The position numbers were made by a program, and so were the translations under genes. DNA of 64,000 nucleotides, taken from the NCBI RefSeq assembly GCF_902459465.1, contig NC_047070.1, positions 1,922,001 through 1,986,000 on the forward strand, written 5' to 3'. Under the pieces are notes generated by a model. It was given only the letters and a program-made list of their open reading frames with translations, did not search any database and was not told where the DNA came from. Positions 27,183 to 40,800 of the stretch are shown here, one piece after another. How positions within the stretch are numbered: position 1 is the stretch's first letter; each line of letters opens with the position of its first letter. The stretch is from Asterias rubens (lineage: Eukaryota).

Positions 27183-27558
27183 TTAAAGGGAAGGTACACG
27201 TTTGGTAACTACTCAAAACAAATATTAACTTAAAAAACTGACTTGGTAACGAGCATTGGAGAGCAGTTGATAGTATAAAACATTGTGGAAAACAACTCCC
27301 TCTGAAGTAACGTAGTTTTTGAGAAAGAGGTATTTTCTCACTAAAATAATAAAAGACTTCTAGCTAGAAGTCTTTTATACCCATCTGAAACACACAAATT
27401 CGTCTAACAAGGGTGTCTTTTGTTTCGACATTTTCTCGTAACTTTGATGACTGATTGAGCCCCAATTTTCACAGGTTTGTTATTTTATGCTCATGTTTGG
27501 ATACACCAAGTGAGAAGACTGGTCTTTGACAATTACCAATTGTGTGCCTTCCCTTTAA
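27183..27558. mobile_element. TTAA MITE (AGGGAAGGTACAC subfamily)
   Basis: TIRs plus TTAA; similar to 6282-6657. Confidence 0.85.
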
Positions 27559-29605
27559 GGCCTTACATAAAGATTACAACGCTAACTTGTGAACAAAATC
27601 TCTAGTAGCATTTTCTCTTTGTTACATCACCAGTAAACATTCGTTACATAAAAATAAATAAATAAAACAAAAAAATGGTTTTACCACCAAACAACTTGGC
27701 TGTTGAGTGTGAGAACGAAAAAACTTTCCAGTGAAAGTTTATATTAGACCTAATTTTTAAAATGGTTTTCTTTCGAAAAGTGTAAAAGACCAAACATGTT
27801 TGACTCTTTGGTGAGTGCATAGCTTGGAGGCACGTGACAGAATGTAAAGCCCTAACTACAATGTATTCCTTCCAATAACAACCATGCATGAATCCAGTTC
27901 AAATTGGAACACCACCAACGTAGAAAGGTGGTCAACACTAATATTGTGCTTAGCTTCTGAAAAGGACTCGTCTAACAAGCAAATGAATGGGTAATCACTG
28001 ACCCAAATATGTATTTGACACTGGATTAAACACATTCACAATGATGGTAATGAAGCGCAGAAGTTTCCATGGCTAAAGTTGGACTCTCAATATAAAAATG
28101 CATAATGGAATACCTTGAATGAATGAACCAGTTCCTCTGGAAGAATTGGTTCTTATGAATTTGTAAATTGGTGTTCTCCTTTTTCACCTGAAAGAGGTTA
28201 CTAGAGTAATGTATACATATTGTTAGGCAAGCAGTTCTTATATTATTCTGTATAGCTTGCATGTCTACAACAGATTTCAGTGGGGGCTTTTTGGGTCGCT
28301 AGGTGGCAGCCAACTTAACAAAGTAAATCCATTGTTCTCGGTAAAATGCGCACACTAAGAGATGCGTAAACAATGGAAATTCACCTGGTAAGTCTGCTGC
28401 CACCTAACGTTTTCAAAGTCTCACAAACTGATACTTATTGTTGGGCAAGGATGTCCTAGTAGTTTCTGTATACCTCATGAGTCTACAGATTTTAGACAAG
28501 AGTACAGTTACAGTAAAACATGGAGGTACACTATTAAGTTGTTGATTAACATCAATGTTGGCATGCATTTGCTGGATTATTGTAATACCTCATGGGCCAA
28601 CAAATTTTAGAGTACAGTTAATCTGTCCATCCATAGTAACACAATTGACAGTTTTCAAAGTATGAAAGAGTGTAGCCTTTTATGGCCTAAACAACCTGAA
28701 GTCTAAAGGGTGTTTTTTCTGTCGTTATTCTCTTGCAACTTCGATGACCCACTGAGTTCAAATGTTTACTTTATGCATGTGTTGAGATACACCAAGTGAG
28801 AATACTGGTCTTTGACAATTAACAAAGGTGTCCAGTGCCTTTGAAGTGAATGATTGTATATAATGTCTGCAGATTGTTGGTCAAATTCACGCACAATTCA
28901 AAACGCCCAGCAGAACCAGACCGATGTATCCACTTTCCACGAAAAGCTACAAAAAAGAGCACAGCGACAAGATTACATGAACTTTGCGGACCCGGACTAC
29001 CAATCCTTCCATGAGCTATGCTTCTAAAAACAGCACATGACAGGCAAGGGTACCAGTGGCATCCAATTATCATGATGTGCTTAGGGCAGAGAGGTCAGTA
29101 TTTCCTGTGGGGAGTTTTCAACTTCCCCGGTTTCCTTCCTGGCAAATAGGCCACTTCCACTGGGGTTCTAGGCCTGGGATGGTGGGGGGCTTCGAGTGAA
29201 AACACTTTCTAAAACCAAAGTACTGACATTTATGGAGACCACACCTCGCAGTGACATTTCTGAAATTTATACACCCAGGATCGAGTTAGTTGTTGTCTTT
29301 TTACATCTGGATTTGGAATGTGGAAGGTTTGGGAATTGGTATTTAAGTATTATTTAACCTCATGCTACACGCAACTTGCCTGTAATTTGATATTTGAGAG
29401 GGCAAGGCCAGTTTCAATTTGCAAAGGGCACTTCCATTGGAAAAACTTCAAGTATGGGAAATTTTTGAAGGGGCACCAAGGCCAAGCCAAGGGCAAGGAA
29501 GGCCGAGGCCTCTTTGTAATTCCATGCCTGACACAACATTCTATGATTGTTATTTGTAATTCCATGCCTGACACAACATTCTATGATTGTTATTTGTAAG
29601 ACCAG

Positions 29606-29764
29606 CCCCCGATTTCACGAAGCGCTGCGACGCGTCGCAAGTGCAAGTTGCGACCGGTTACACGTCGTAAGTTGCGATGCGTATGAAATCGTGTCTTAGG
29701 TCTGCGACGCATCGTAAACCCTACGATGCGTCGCTACTTGCAATGAGTTTCGTGAAATCGGGGG
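29606..29764. mobile_element. Harbinger-like MITE with perfect CAG target-site duplication (TSD)
   Basis: CAG|CCCCCGATTTCACGAA…TTCGTGAAATCGGGGG|CAG. Confidence 0.8.
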
Positions 29765-30149
29765 CAGGCCTGACACAACATTCTATGAATGTTATGATTA
29801 AGATTAATAACTAGTCATGAGACTTTACATATTATTATGGAATGCCCAGATATCCTCCACCTTCATACCCTTTCTATACTAAATTTGATCACAATATTTA
29901 TTACTGGTTAAGTTATCATAATAACATTCCACTGTGTCAAGTGGGGGTATCCTGCTGGAAAACATAGTCATTATTTCTTTCCATCTATTGTTCCACAGGG
30001 TACAGGAACTAAGAAACATTGGAAAATACAAACATTTTAAAATGATACAATGATTACACAAGACACAATGACAAAGTAAAACTTGCTGACAGTAACCTCC
30101 GCCCCCTTGTTGGATTACCAAGTGCGAACTAAATCATGATCGAGTGGAT

Positions 30150-30730
30150 CTGCTTAAAGTTCTGCCAGCAAACTACATACACATGTACATTGTACGCACA
30201 TTGTACATTGTCCTGACACTGGTCCCGGACCCACTATTGAGCCCCACCATTCCTGCCCCACCATTCCTGCCCCACCAACACTGCCCCACCAACACTGCCC
30301 CACCAACACTGCCCCAACGACACTGCCCAATAACCTCTACCCTACTACATTGTACTCAAACCCTATTGCCCTATCTGGACTCACTGACCAGCCCCACCAT
30401 TCCTGCCCCACCAACACTGCCCCAACACCACTGCCCAATCACCTACCCTACTACATTGTACTCAAACTATGCCACACTCTTGCCCTATCTGGACCCACTA
30501 TCAAGCCACACCATTCATGGCCCAACACTGTCTAATCACCTCAACCCTCCCTACTACGTTGTACTCAAACCCTGCTACATATTTTCCCTATCTGGGCCCA
30601 CTGTCCAGCCTCTACATTACTGGGCCACCAACACTGCCCCAACAGAACTGCCCCAACAACACTGCCCCAACAACACTGCCCCAACAACACTGCCCCAACA
30701 ACACTCTACCATACTGCTCAACTACATTGT
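30150..30730. repeat. C/A-rich composite tandem repeat (CCAACACTGCCC-type units inside larger degenerate units)
   Basis: Many ccaacactgccc(c)a units plus recurring ctacattgtactcaaac…gccctatctggac blocks. Confidence 0.8.
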
Positions 30731-30777
30731 AACTTCCCCCTCCTGGCCTTGCCCTCCCAAAAATTAAATTAAAGGCA

Positions 30778-30857
30778 TGTCTGCGCCTTGAACACCCAGC
30801 AGGGTGGATATGTGCGCATTACAAGTCTTATTATTATTATTATTATTATTATTATTT
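30778..30857 (+). mobile_element. Retroposon (L2/CR1-type) 3' tail ending in (TTA)n; also at ~7632-7697 and ~8722-8786
   Basis: Shared ctgcgccttgaaca.c.agcagggtggatatgtgcgc.tta.aagtc followed by (tta)n. Confidence 0.55.
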
Positions 30858-30911
30858 ATGTCCTCCACATAATACATGCCTGATACATGTAACTCACTGC
30901 CTCAATTGCCC

Positions 30912-30976
30912 CTGGCCAATACCTTGGTGCCCCTGGCCAATACCTTGGTGCCCCTGGTCAACACCTTGGTGCCCCT
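30912..30976. repeat. 21-bp tandem repeat x3 (CCCTGGCCAATACCTTGGTGC)
   Basis: Three adjacent copies; the sequence resembles the ccttggtgccc core of the CAGG-MITE family. Confidence 0.85.
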
Positions 30977-33900
30977 TAAAATGTTCCAATATAAATTTAG
31001 CAACATTAACATACACCTCCACACAGGTGATTTTGATTTCCTTCATAAAAATGTTAATAATCAAAATGACATAAACCAGAGAAATATAAAAAGCAAAGCT
31101 TTCTGCAATTAACAATAAATCATAATTTGACGACAACGCCACTTAATACAATGCACGACACTGTTGGGCCTGGCTATGAACCTTGTTTTTTCTCTGTCTC
31201 TCTTTTCCTGTTTTTCAATGCTGTAATACACACACCTACATTGTGCAGTAAACTGTGTGTTTTTTTTTTTGTTTTTTGGGGGGGGGGGGGTGCAAATTTA
31301 ATCTCCTAGATTATGCAAGTAGTACTTGAGATAAGAAAACAAAACAACTATATACATTAACATAAAATGTACATGAAGGTCAGTTATCCACCTCCATCTA
31401 TCAGTTTACTAAAAATAAAACATTCCTAAAAAATAATCACGAGATGGGCATGAAATTATAGAGCTGACCTGATATTGCCTTGGTGCCCTTGAAATGCCCC
31501 AGTAAGAATGTACAATTTCCTCATGTCATAGGGTGCCCTTTACAAAGGAGAAAATGCCTTGGTGCCCTTACCCTTTCAAACCCTGATAAAATACTTGGTA
31601 TGATAAATACATAGTAACACTGTGTCTAAATTAGCCGCTCCAATGTGGCTACGGCTTGATTCTCATGGTCTTGAAGCATAGAAGCACTATAGCAATAACC
31701 TTAGCAACAGCCACAGCTGTAGGCACCAACTCAGCCAGCCTAAATCGTAAAATACATAATTTTGCACAAAGTCTAAACAGACATTGTACTTGTTCATTGT
31801 CATGTCATACTTGTGTGTCGTCCTGCCTCAACAGTTCTTTGACACAGCTGTTTATTATCCATACTAAAAAAAATTTGTCAGGCAGGACTTGGGCAAACAT
31901 CACCAACTCTGCTAAGCTAACAGATTTTCTAAACAGAGAACAGATACCGGACCAATGTAACATGCAATTTGGGTATATTGTTTTAGACTGGTACTAAATT
32001 ATTTTCTGTAAGAACAGATAAATTGATTAAGTAACATTTCCTGCTCCATTTCAATGCTTGGTCCTGATACATTGTTAGGCAACTCATGCGAATTTATTGG
32101 TACACATGCAAGGTTTCCATTACCAGCTTAATTGAGTTGTTGCAGCGTCATCCCAACAGTCATACTGGTTAATTCAAGCTCCAAAAAACCAAGGGTTACC
32201 GGTGATAATCACACTCTGCATATGATGCTGCTTAAATACCTGTTTACAGGATTTGGTTGTGCAAATATAGCCACATCATTGACACACTGTATGCTACCCT
32301 TGCTTGTGACCCCAGCCCTCCATACAACAGAAAATTGTCAACCTGACACATGTGACTAGCCTTCCACTGGAAGACATGTACACACACACACACACACACT
32401 GCATATTAAAGGACCCCCAGCAAACAGGGTGTGGCTGTTCACTGGAGTGTACCGTTAGACCGTGTACTGTGCCGTGGAATTTGAGTAGTGCAGACTGTGT
32501 GTGTGGTGGTTCGCTTGTTATCTAGGTCTGAGCACGGTCTCAACACTGTACTTTGTACAGTGGTAATAGGAATCCAGTTCAATCCGTGACATTATGTCAA
32601 GGTTTTGTTGTACACAAGGAATTGTCTCCATGAATAAATGCAGCCAAACAAAATAATCTGGCAATGAAAGTGAAAAAAAAAATCAGAGAAACTAAGATTG
32701 TTTATATTAAGGGGGAAATGTTGTACAAACTGTGATCAGTAGGACCAACACATAATACAGTAAACATTAATAATGAGAATGTTCATTAATAAACTTTGCA
32801 TGGTAAGAAACCAACATAGCCAGCATGTTTACAGATTATGAAAATTGTATAAAAAGTTGTTTCAATCCCTGGGATTAAATAAAAAAAAAAAAAAAAAAAA
32901 ATAGTTGTTTTATATTTTTTTAAGGACATTAAAATGTACCCAGCCATACAGCGAACTGTTTTTGCAGAAGCATTAACCTTTTCATCATAATTAACAGAAG
33001 ACAGATTTGTAAAATTATTGATGTTAACAGTCCTAACAATCAACATTTTATAAACAGCAATGGTCTTAGCTTTGAATTGATGCAATTAGGTTATTGAAAG
33101 GCATACACAAGTAAGATAAATTACAACCAACAATGTTTGGTTTTAGCATTTAGGCTAACCATACACAATGTCATTCCTGTGAAAATAATGCACATAAAGA
33201 GGTTTTTCTTAAATACTTGTCCTCAAGTTGAAGAACACGTTGAAAAAAAAAAACCCACTGCATCTGCTTGCTACCCTCCATGAACATGAACTACGCCTTG
33301 CAGTGTTTAATCTTTCTTGATAATAATATTCCAAGATAGCTACACCTAGGTATGGTAGGCATGCAGTCACCATGACATCCACACCTCTTGTTGACAAGTG
33401 TACATACACGTAGTAGGTCCACACCAGCCACAGAGAAACGAAACAAACAACGGACATCGTTTCTTCAACATGGTTTACTATTTTATTTCTTTAAACCATT
33501 TCATCTGCAAAAATTGTAAGTGTTCTAAAGTATGACTAGAACATTTTAATCCCAATCTGGGACATGGTTCATAATAACATCCTCAAAATATACATGAAGG
33601 ACTGTATCGTGTAAGAAACAAGTGATTTTAAAACACACAAAAAATCCATTTAACTTTGAAAATCTGGCACCCCGGCGGTCTAGATAGCTCAGTTGGCTGA
33701 GCTCTGGCATTTTGATCCAGAAGTCAGAAGCTCAAGTCCCACTCAAGTCAATTTTTCTTTGTTCAACCACCCCCCCCCCCAAAAAAAAAGAATTATCACT
33801 TTAAATTTGTTACAAGTATATTTTAAACTCATAAGAAGCTGCCAACATTTACAATATTATATTTTGAAGATGTTTTCTTCAGCAACCTTGAGGTTTACAT

Positions 33901-33999
33901 AAAGTCTGATAAACGACAAACCAATTGTAAAAGTATGTTTAGTGTTCACCAACATCTCCCATGAGCCATGACTATCCATTCCTCTTTGCTAAACAGACC

Positions 34000-34383
34000 A
34001 TGAGATTTTGATACCTTTTGTAAGTTTTTGGCCATGAAATGAATCCCTACAGTGAATGAAGATGTATGCAATAAGTTTCAGCTTCATTATTAGTCGTCAA
34101 GTTTTTGAGAAAAAAAGAGCAAAAGTCATAGATCATTGTTTTAAGAAGAGTTGCTTATTACGTTGCACATGCTAAAATAATGTTCGTCTACTGATACAAA
34201 AACTATTTTTTGTGACAGTGGTTTACTCATTTCTCAAACGATACAGGCCTAACGCCCCAGCAAGTAACGTTTTAAGAGAAGCTTTCTACTTATAGTATCA
34301 TCATTATCTTTGAACAGTGTAAGTTTAATGTAAATCTGTGGACATTGTGTTTTGAGTCGTACAAAAAGTACCTTAACCCTTTA
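34000..34383. mobile_element. Second dispersed TTAA-type element family; sister copy at ~35662-36085
   Basis: Shared internal sequence (gaatccctac…gtgaatgaagatgtatg…gtcaagtttttgaga…aatgtaaatctgtgga); ends resemble TTAA(A/T)GGGTT.G.TAC. Confidence 0.65.
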
Positions 34384-34693
34384 ATGCAGTACATGTACTC
34401 TGTCATTGTTAAATTATCTTCAGAAACCGGTAAATGGTTGTACATCAATTGTTAAATTATAACACTGGACTCGGAAACAAACACAATTAAGCAACTCTGG
34501 AAAAGGTTGAGGTGCCTAGTTACTGCATGGTGAACACCTTGAAAGCATTTGTTAAGCTTTGTCAGTTACTAGGTAGAATGTAAATCATTGTACCACCGAA
34601 CTTCTATTACATGTTTGCTGTTTAAATCATCTACATGAACCGCCATGTTGTACTCAAATCCCACTCAAATCAATGCTACTCAAATCGAGGCTG

Positions 34694-34860
34694 GGGGCCT
34701 TTCTCAAACCTCAGCTTAGGATCCGGCTCCAGGCTCCTCGTACTGATGTTCCTGCGATTAGCGCTGCTCCAAAATGCAGGTTAAAGGCCACGCTACATAC
34801 GCAGCGCGCGGAGCCTAAGCCTGAGCCAGAGAGCCCTGGCCAAGGTTTGAGAAAGGCCCC
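34694..34860. mobile_element. GC-rich MITE (GGGGCCTTTCTCAAACCT TIR)
   Basis: 18-bp terminal inverted repeat. Confidence 0.75.
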
Positions 34861-37452
34861 ATGTGACAAATTCGACCAGTCCCTTTTTAGAGAATCAGCG
34901 TTCCAGATTGCTGCACAGCATAAAGTAGATAAGAAGACAATGGGTATGACCTCCTGAGGTCAACACATGTTGATGGATTATTCCTAAACACTAAACAGTG
35001 CCCCAGCACCTTACCACATGAACCAGCACAACATGTGCATGTTTACAAACCTATGTACAGTACAGGTGCATAAGAGTTGAGGAGCTGGAAGAACCAATGC
35101 TATGTATTTGATACACAGCGTTTACAGGCTAAAAAGTTAACCTTGAAGCAAGATTTGGTCAATACTGTTAGATACATAGAATAATAATACAGACAGTGTG
35201 TAATCTTCTGAGGGTAAGTAGAGTTGCAGGTAGTCCTTCTATTATTTTCAATCATCATGGGGAAAAACTAAACACAAGTGGCACACTATCCATTTGAAGT
35301 GACAATTTTATTTCAGAGATGTGTGGAGTTAAATTACTATAATTTTTACGGTGCCATTGTTCATAAACAACTGGCATTTTCAAGAGGGATTATATATTTA
35401 AGAGAGACTTCACGATACAACTTAAAAATAAACAATTTATCAACAACAGGGAAAAACTGACCTTTTCAAATGTCCCAGCAAGTCCAATCACCATCTTTTT
35501 TTGGGAGTATTTATAGGGCTAGTTCCTGTGTAAAATTTGTTTGTTTTGGGCAGGATAATTATCATTTCCTTTGCCTGCTCCTTAAATGGCATCATCTGAT
35601 AGCATCCGGTATTTTCAAGGCCAGACGTTAGGCTAAGTTGCCACTTACTGTTATCTCCTTCTTAATGGGTTTGATACCTTTTGTTTTTGGCAATGACATG
35701 AATCCCTACTCAGTGTGAATGAAGATGTATGTAACATAATCTATAGTTTCAGGTACTTTAGTTGTCAAGTTTTTGAGAGGAAAAAAAGTGAAAGTCACAG
35801 AGTGATGTTTTCAGGAGAGTCGCGTACACTTAAAATATGGTATTATTTTTTTATTACCAGTTATTGGTATTGTATTTGTACCAGTAATTGTAATAAATAT
35901 GTTCAGATTAAATGCTAAAATAATTTTCGTCTCCTGAGACAATAATTATTTTGTGACATTGTTTTGCCAATTTCTCAAAAAAACTCAGCACCTCAGCAAG
36001 TAATATTTCAAGGGAAGATGTCTACCATCATTATCTTTAGAATGTAAATTTAATGTAAATCTGTGGATATTGGGTTTTGTATCATACAAAAAGCAGGCCT
36101 GCATGCTTCGTTTTTGAAAGGGCAAGGGCATCAAGGCATTTCCTCCTCAGTAAAGGGCACCCTAAAAGGAAATTGTAAATTTCTACAGCACTGGAACATT
36201 TCGAGGACACCAAGGCAATGACCAGGGAGCATTGAGGCAAACGCCTTCGCTGCCTCCATGAAGTATCAGGATTGTATCATCTGAAAAAGTTCCCAACCCC
36301 TTTAATTTCAAATTCACTTATTCTCATCTGACGAATACTGAGCTGAGGTCAATTTCAAGAATCAAAGCTGTCTGTATCTTAATAAGAACAAAATGTACGG
36401 CAGCTAAGTGATGTCCACATACATCACAACAGCTAACTCCATTCTCATTTCCTTCTTGGACACCCAAGGTTGATCAATACAATCCAATTTCTCCTTCCAC
36501 TAATCAAACCTGATTGGCAATTCCTCAAACACACTTAGTAAACATCTTCACCTAGCTCCTTTGAATACATGCATAGTGAAAACACCGTCTCCAACAAGTC
36601 CGCAACACAAATTTAACTAATTCTGCAAAGTCTACTCAAGCTTGCAAGGAAAAAGGTTTAATTTTGTTGACAAGGTTGTTTTTTCCTTTTTTCCTTCTTC
36701 TTCTTTCCTATCCAAGGTTAAAAGGTGTCACTGGGTGTCCAAATTGCGCACTTACAGTTTTTACATGTATATTACAGAAAAAACAGGGTGTCTAAAAGAC
36801 ACCAAGACACTCCTCTGGCTAACTGGCTAAAGCCCGGTTCATACGCCTGCGAATGAGAATGCAAATTTTGACGTCACAGCCCTGTTTTTCGCTGCAAGAG
36901 TTTAACACATTTCAACTGTTGCAAATTATTTATTGCAAATTTGTGACGTCAAAATTTGCATTGCATTCAGCTCGGCTTGCATACGGCTCGTAATCGGCTC
37001 ACACTCGACTCGTATTCGGCTCGCATTCGCAGGAAGTATGAACCAAGCTTTAAAAAGACTGTTCCTATCCTTTTAGGGAGCCCATATTTGTTCTTAATTC
37101 ATCTTCTAAATATTTCCAATGGATGTGGTAGGATTTTCTTTCTTCTTTCCCCCTTTTTTTTTTGGGGGGGGAGGGATAATAATTCTCTATAATAATATTC
37201 CAATAACCTAATATGTACATGAGTGTTGTACAACCACGTATTCCCGAGGAAATAAGAGACCCCTTGCTTGAGTCTAGGCATCACACTCCATGGGGGTTGA
37301 ATAGGTTCAAGACTACACGGTCTGGGTCAAAGCATGGACCACCGAATGGTCAAACCTTAAACATGCTATAATTCATGACCATTTATGGCAAGTCCAATCA
37401 CATGGTTAAAATATCACCAGATTAACAAGGATTCTATTACAGGCTACACACT

Positions 37453-37838
37453 TTAAAGGCAGTGGACACTATTGGTAATTACTCAAAATAATTATTAGCA
37501 TAAAACCTTTCTTGTTGACGAGTAATGGGGAGAGGTTGATGGTATTAAACATTGTGAGAAACAGCTCCCTCTGAAGTGAGAAAGTTTTGAGAAAGAAGTA
37601 ATTTTCCACGAATTTGATTTCAAGACCTCAAGTTTAGAATTTGAGGTCTCAAAATCAACCATCTAAACGCAAACAACTTCGTGTGACAAGGGTGTTTTTT
37701 TCTTTCATTATTATCTCGCAACTTCGATGACCGATTGAGCTCAAATTTTCACAGGTTTGTTATTTTATGCATATGTTGAGATACACCAACTGTGAAGGCT
37801 AGTCCTTGACAATTACCAATAGTGTCCACTGCCTTTAA
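37453..37838. mobile_element. Main-family TTAA MITE copy
   Basis: TTAA|AGGCAGTGGACACTATTGGTAATT…AATTACCAATAGTGTCCACTGCCT|TTAA. Confidence 0.9.
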
Positions 37839-40800
37839 GAAGATTTAAATCTTGATATTTCAAATATTTAGAAGCGAAGTAAATTTGACGAAGTAAACTT
37901 GGCCGTTTTCACAGCGAATGTTTTGCAGCGAATTTCCCAGTAGTTGTCCACAACCCAACTGTTGCAAATTATTCGTTTAGAATTTGTGATGTCAAAATTT
38001 GCTTCGCATTCGCAGGAAGTATAAACCAGACTTTAGACACAAAGCAGTTCCAAGCTTCAAGCCAACAGTTGACTCCTTTTTCCCTTCTTCATTTCCAATG
38101 CAATTGTCCTGGTCCCTAAATGGCCAAATGAATGTGATTGATCCACATCCTGTGTAGCATATGAATTACTCATGCTTGGTCAAGCTTACACCACATGTAT
38201 AATGCTACCATTTATAGATGATGGGACACATGGCATAACATGTGAACCAAGTAACTCGGACGTCAAACGGATGCAGAAAATCAGCTCAGATGTCAATATC
38301 TCTGATTCCATGAAAATGCAATTTTAGCCACTCATAATCCTTTCAGATGCCTAGTCATGCACAGAGCATACACCCATCAACCAATAAACAACGCAGCTAA
38401 GCATTTAAAAGAAATTGCTTAGCAAAAGCTCATATCACATGGAAAGAAATATCCAGAGTAGGAACTGCTTATAGATCATGAGCGGGGCCTAATTCTATAG
38501 AACTGCTTAACTCATGTTGAAATATTTAAACTGCCAGCATCCATTTGTTCGTTTCCATTCAAACTATTTTCCTCTCTAAGGCCTATACGACAAAATTCTA
38601 ACAGATATTTTCTATTAACTTTGTTTTTAGTCACACTAGAATAATCCAGGCCAACTCAAGATTGTCTTTGAAGATACGGATGAACTGTTTCAAAGACAGT
38701 ACATTACGCAGGAAGATAAATCTTGGAAAATCTGAGAGGAATTCTTAGTTTTTTACCCCAGTAGGTAATCCTTCTGTTAAATGCCACAGATTGAAATCAA
38801 TGAGTTGCTACAAGCAGTTTTATACGATCTGTTACACGGTCATATCTACATGTGTAAAATTTTCACATTCAATCACAGAGTAATGCTGGTAGAAACTATT
38901 CCTTTCCTTGGTGTCTGACATCCATTTAGTAGAGCATCGTAAAATGCTCATTAAAACCAAATCCCTAATCCAGAGGGATTTTCCCCTGCAGTAAAGGAGT
39001 ACATGTATGGACTGATAGGCTGTTGGTAGCGTAAACAGTATCAGAATCACATGTACTGATTACTGAATGAACAGCGTATGTGCAGTACACACGAGTCTCT
39101 GTAACCTCTGGCTAAAACCCAAGCCATTCAAACCTCAATCATCGTAGACTGCCTTTTTTTTTTAAGATTCCCTTTTGATTATAATTTGTTTCCAAACTAC
39201 TCCTGGCGATTTGTTAAATGTGCCATCGACAAGTAATTTATGACAGAAAAGAAGTTCGTTCCAATGGGTAAAATGTCTAGCGAGGTCCTAACTCTGACAT
39301 AAATCAAATCAGTTACATATTTTGGAATCTTTGCTCTCGAGAGCAGAGGCCGCCTAAATCAGTCGAATATCAATGTCCCATACAAAGCAGTGTACATACT
39401 TTGGGTGAATTTTAAAAAGAATTAACCATACACCAATGGTTTGCCTGGTATCAGGCTTTTTATGAGCAAACAAACTAATTAAAAAGCAAGCATAAATCTA
39501 CAGAAATCAGACAGGATATCGTCAATATAGAATTTCACCTGTAAGAGGGCAAGGCCGTAGTTTTCATTTCGCAAAGGGCACTTCAATTAAAAAATCTTTA
39601 AGTCTATGGAGGGGACATTATGAAGGGGGCACCAAGGCCAAGAGGGAAATGGAGGCCAAGGCCTCTGACAATTCCAGGCCTGTACATTACATCAATACAT
39701 ACAGTTACCAGAATCCGTCTATCAAAATCCACTGCCAGCTATCCACTGTGGTAGTCTAGAATCTGATTTGATATCCCAATGACAAGCTTTGTATGCTTGG
39801 CTGCATACACCGACCAATCAAACTCTGAAGGAGGCATACAGGGGGAAGGGATTTGAAGGTTTTGGGAATTAAAATCATACAGATTTTCCAAATAAGGACA
39901 TTAAATTTTGTACGTATACAAACATTTACAGGCCTGTATGCTTTTTGAAAGGGCAAGGGCACCAAAGCATATTCTCTATTTTCTATGAGGAAATAGTAAA
40001 TTTCTCCTCGAGCATCTCTAGGGCACCAAGGCAAAGACCAGGGGGCATAAAAGCAATTGTCTTTGTTGCCTCTGTGAAGTAACAGGCCTGCATACATGTT
40101 TTGGTGCACTGCTTAAAAATTCAACGATGCAACATGTTTTTCTTTAAGATGTCCAGCCCGTTATTTTCAAGGCCTAAGAATCTCACCCTTTCACAAGAAT
40201 TAAGATGAAACCTTTCTGGTTCTAAATACATTGTAGAATCACAGGTGTTGCTGTGAGCCTGGTGCGTTGATTAGTGTGTTTGAAGTCATTTTGAAGTAAT
40301 TTTACTTGATTGTGAAATCGCTTTGGGCTAGGTGGAGACCCTGTTGTGCAATGAGTGCATTATGATTGTTTTCAGAATTTCAGAGCTGCCAATATTTTGC
40401 GTCTTGCAATCAGGGAGATATTTCAAATTACATTTTAACATAATTGGGAACAAGTTTTACAACCAGGGAGATTTTCAAATTTGCGTGTCTAGTCTATTTT
40501 CAAACTTCAAAATTACAACTCATGAAAGGTACGTTTTTACAGATTCAATTATTTTAAATTCACTTTAATCCTAGCTACCTCCCCTTAAATTTGTTTAAAT
40601 AAGATGTGCTCATTCATACTACATAGTTACAACAAACAAGTTGTTTTATTGATTGGGCCAGTCCACTGATTAGACTGCAGTGTGTGTGTGTGTAGAGACT
40701 CCTTGCATGTATGGTAGTGTGTATCTAACTTCCACCCATCGTTAATATTACCACCAGTACAGAAAAAGACCCTCTGCTCAATGAATGACTGACATATTGA

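Noticed and set aside
33672-33750. tRNA gene (also the tRNA-like heads at ~48354, ~51980 and ~52377)
   Set aside because: Degenerate A/B boxes without a complete cloverleaf, followed by SINE body or truncation; treated as SINE fragments.
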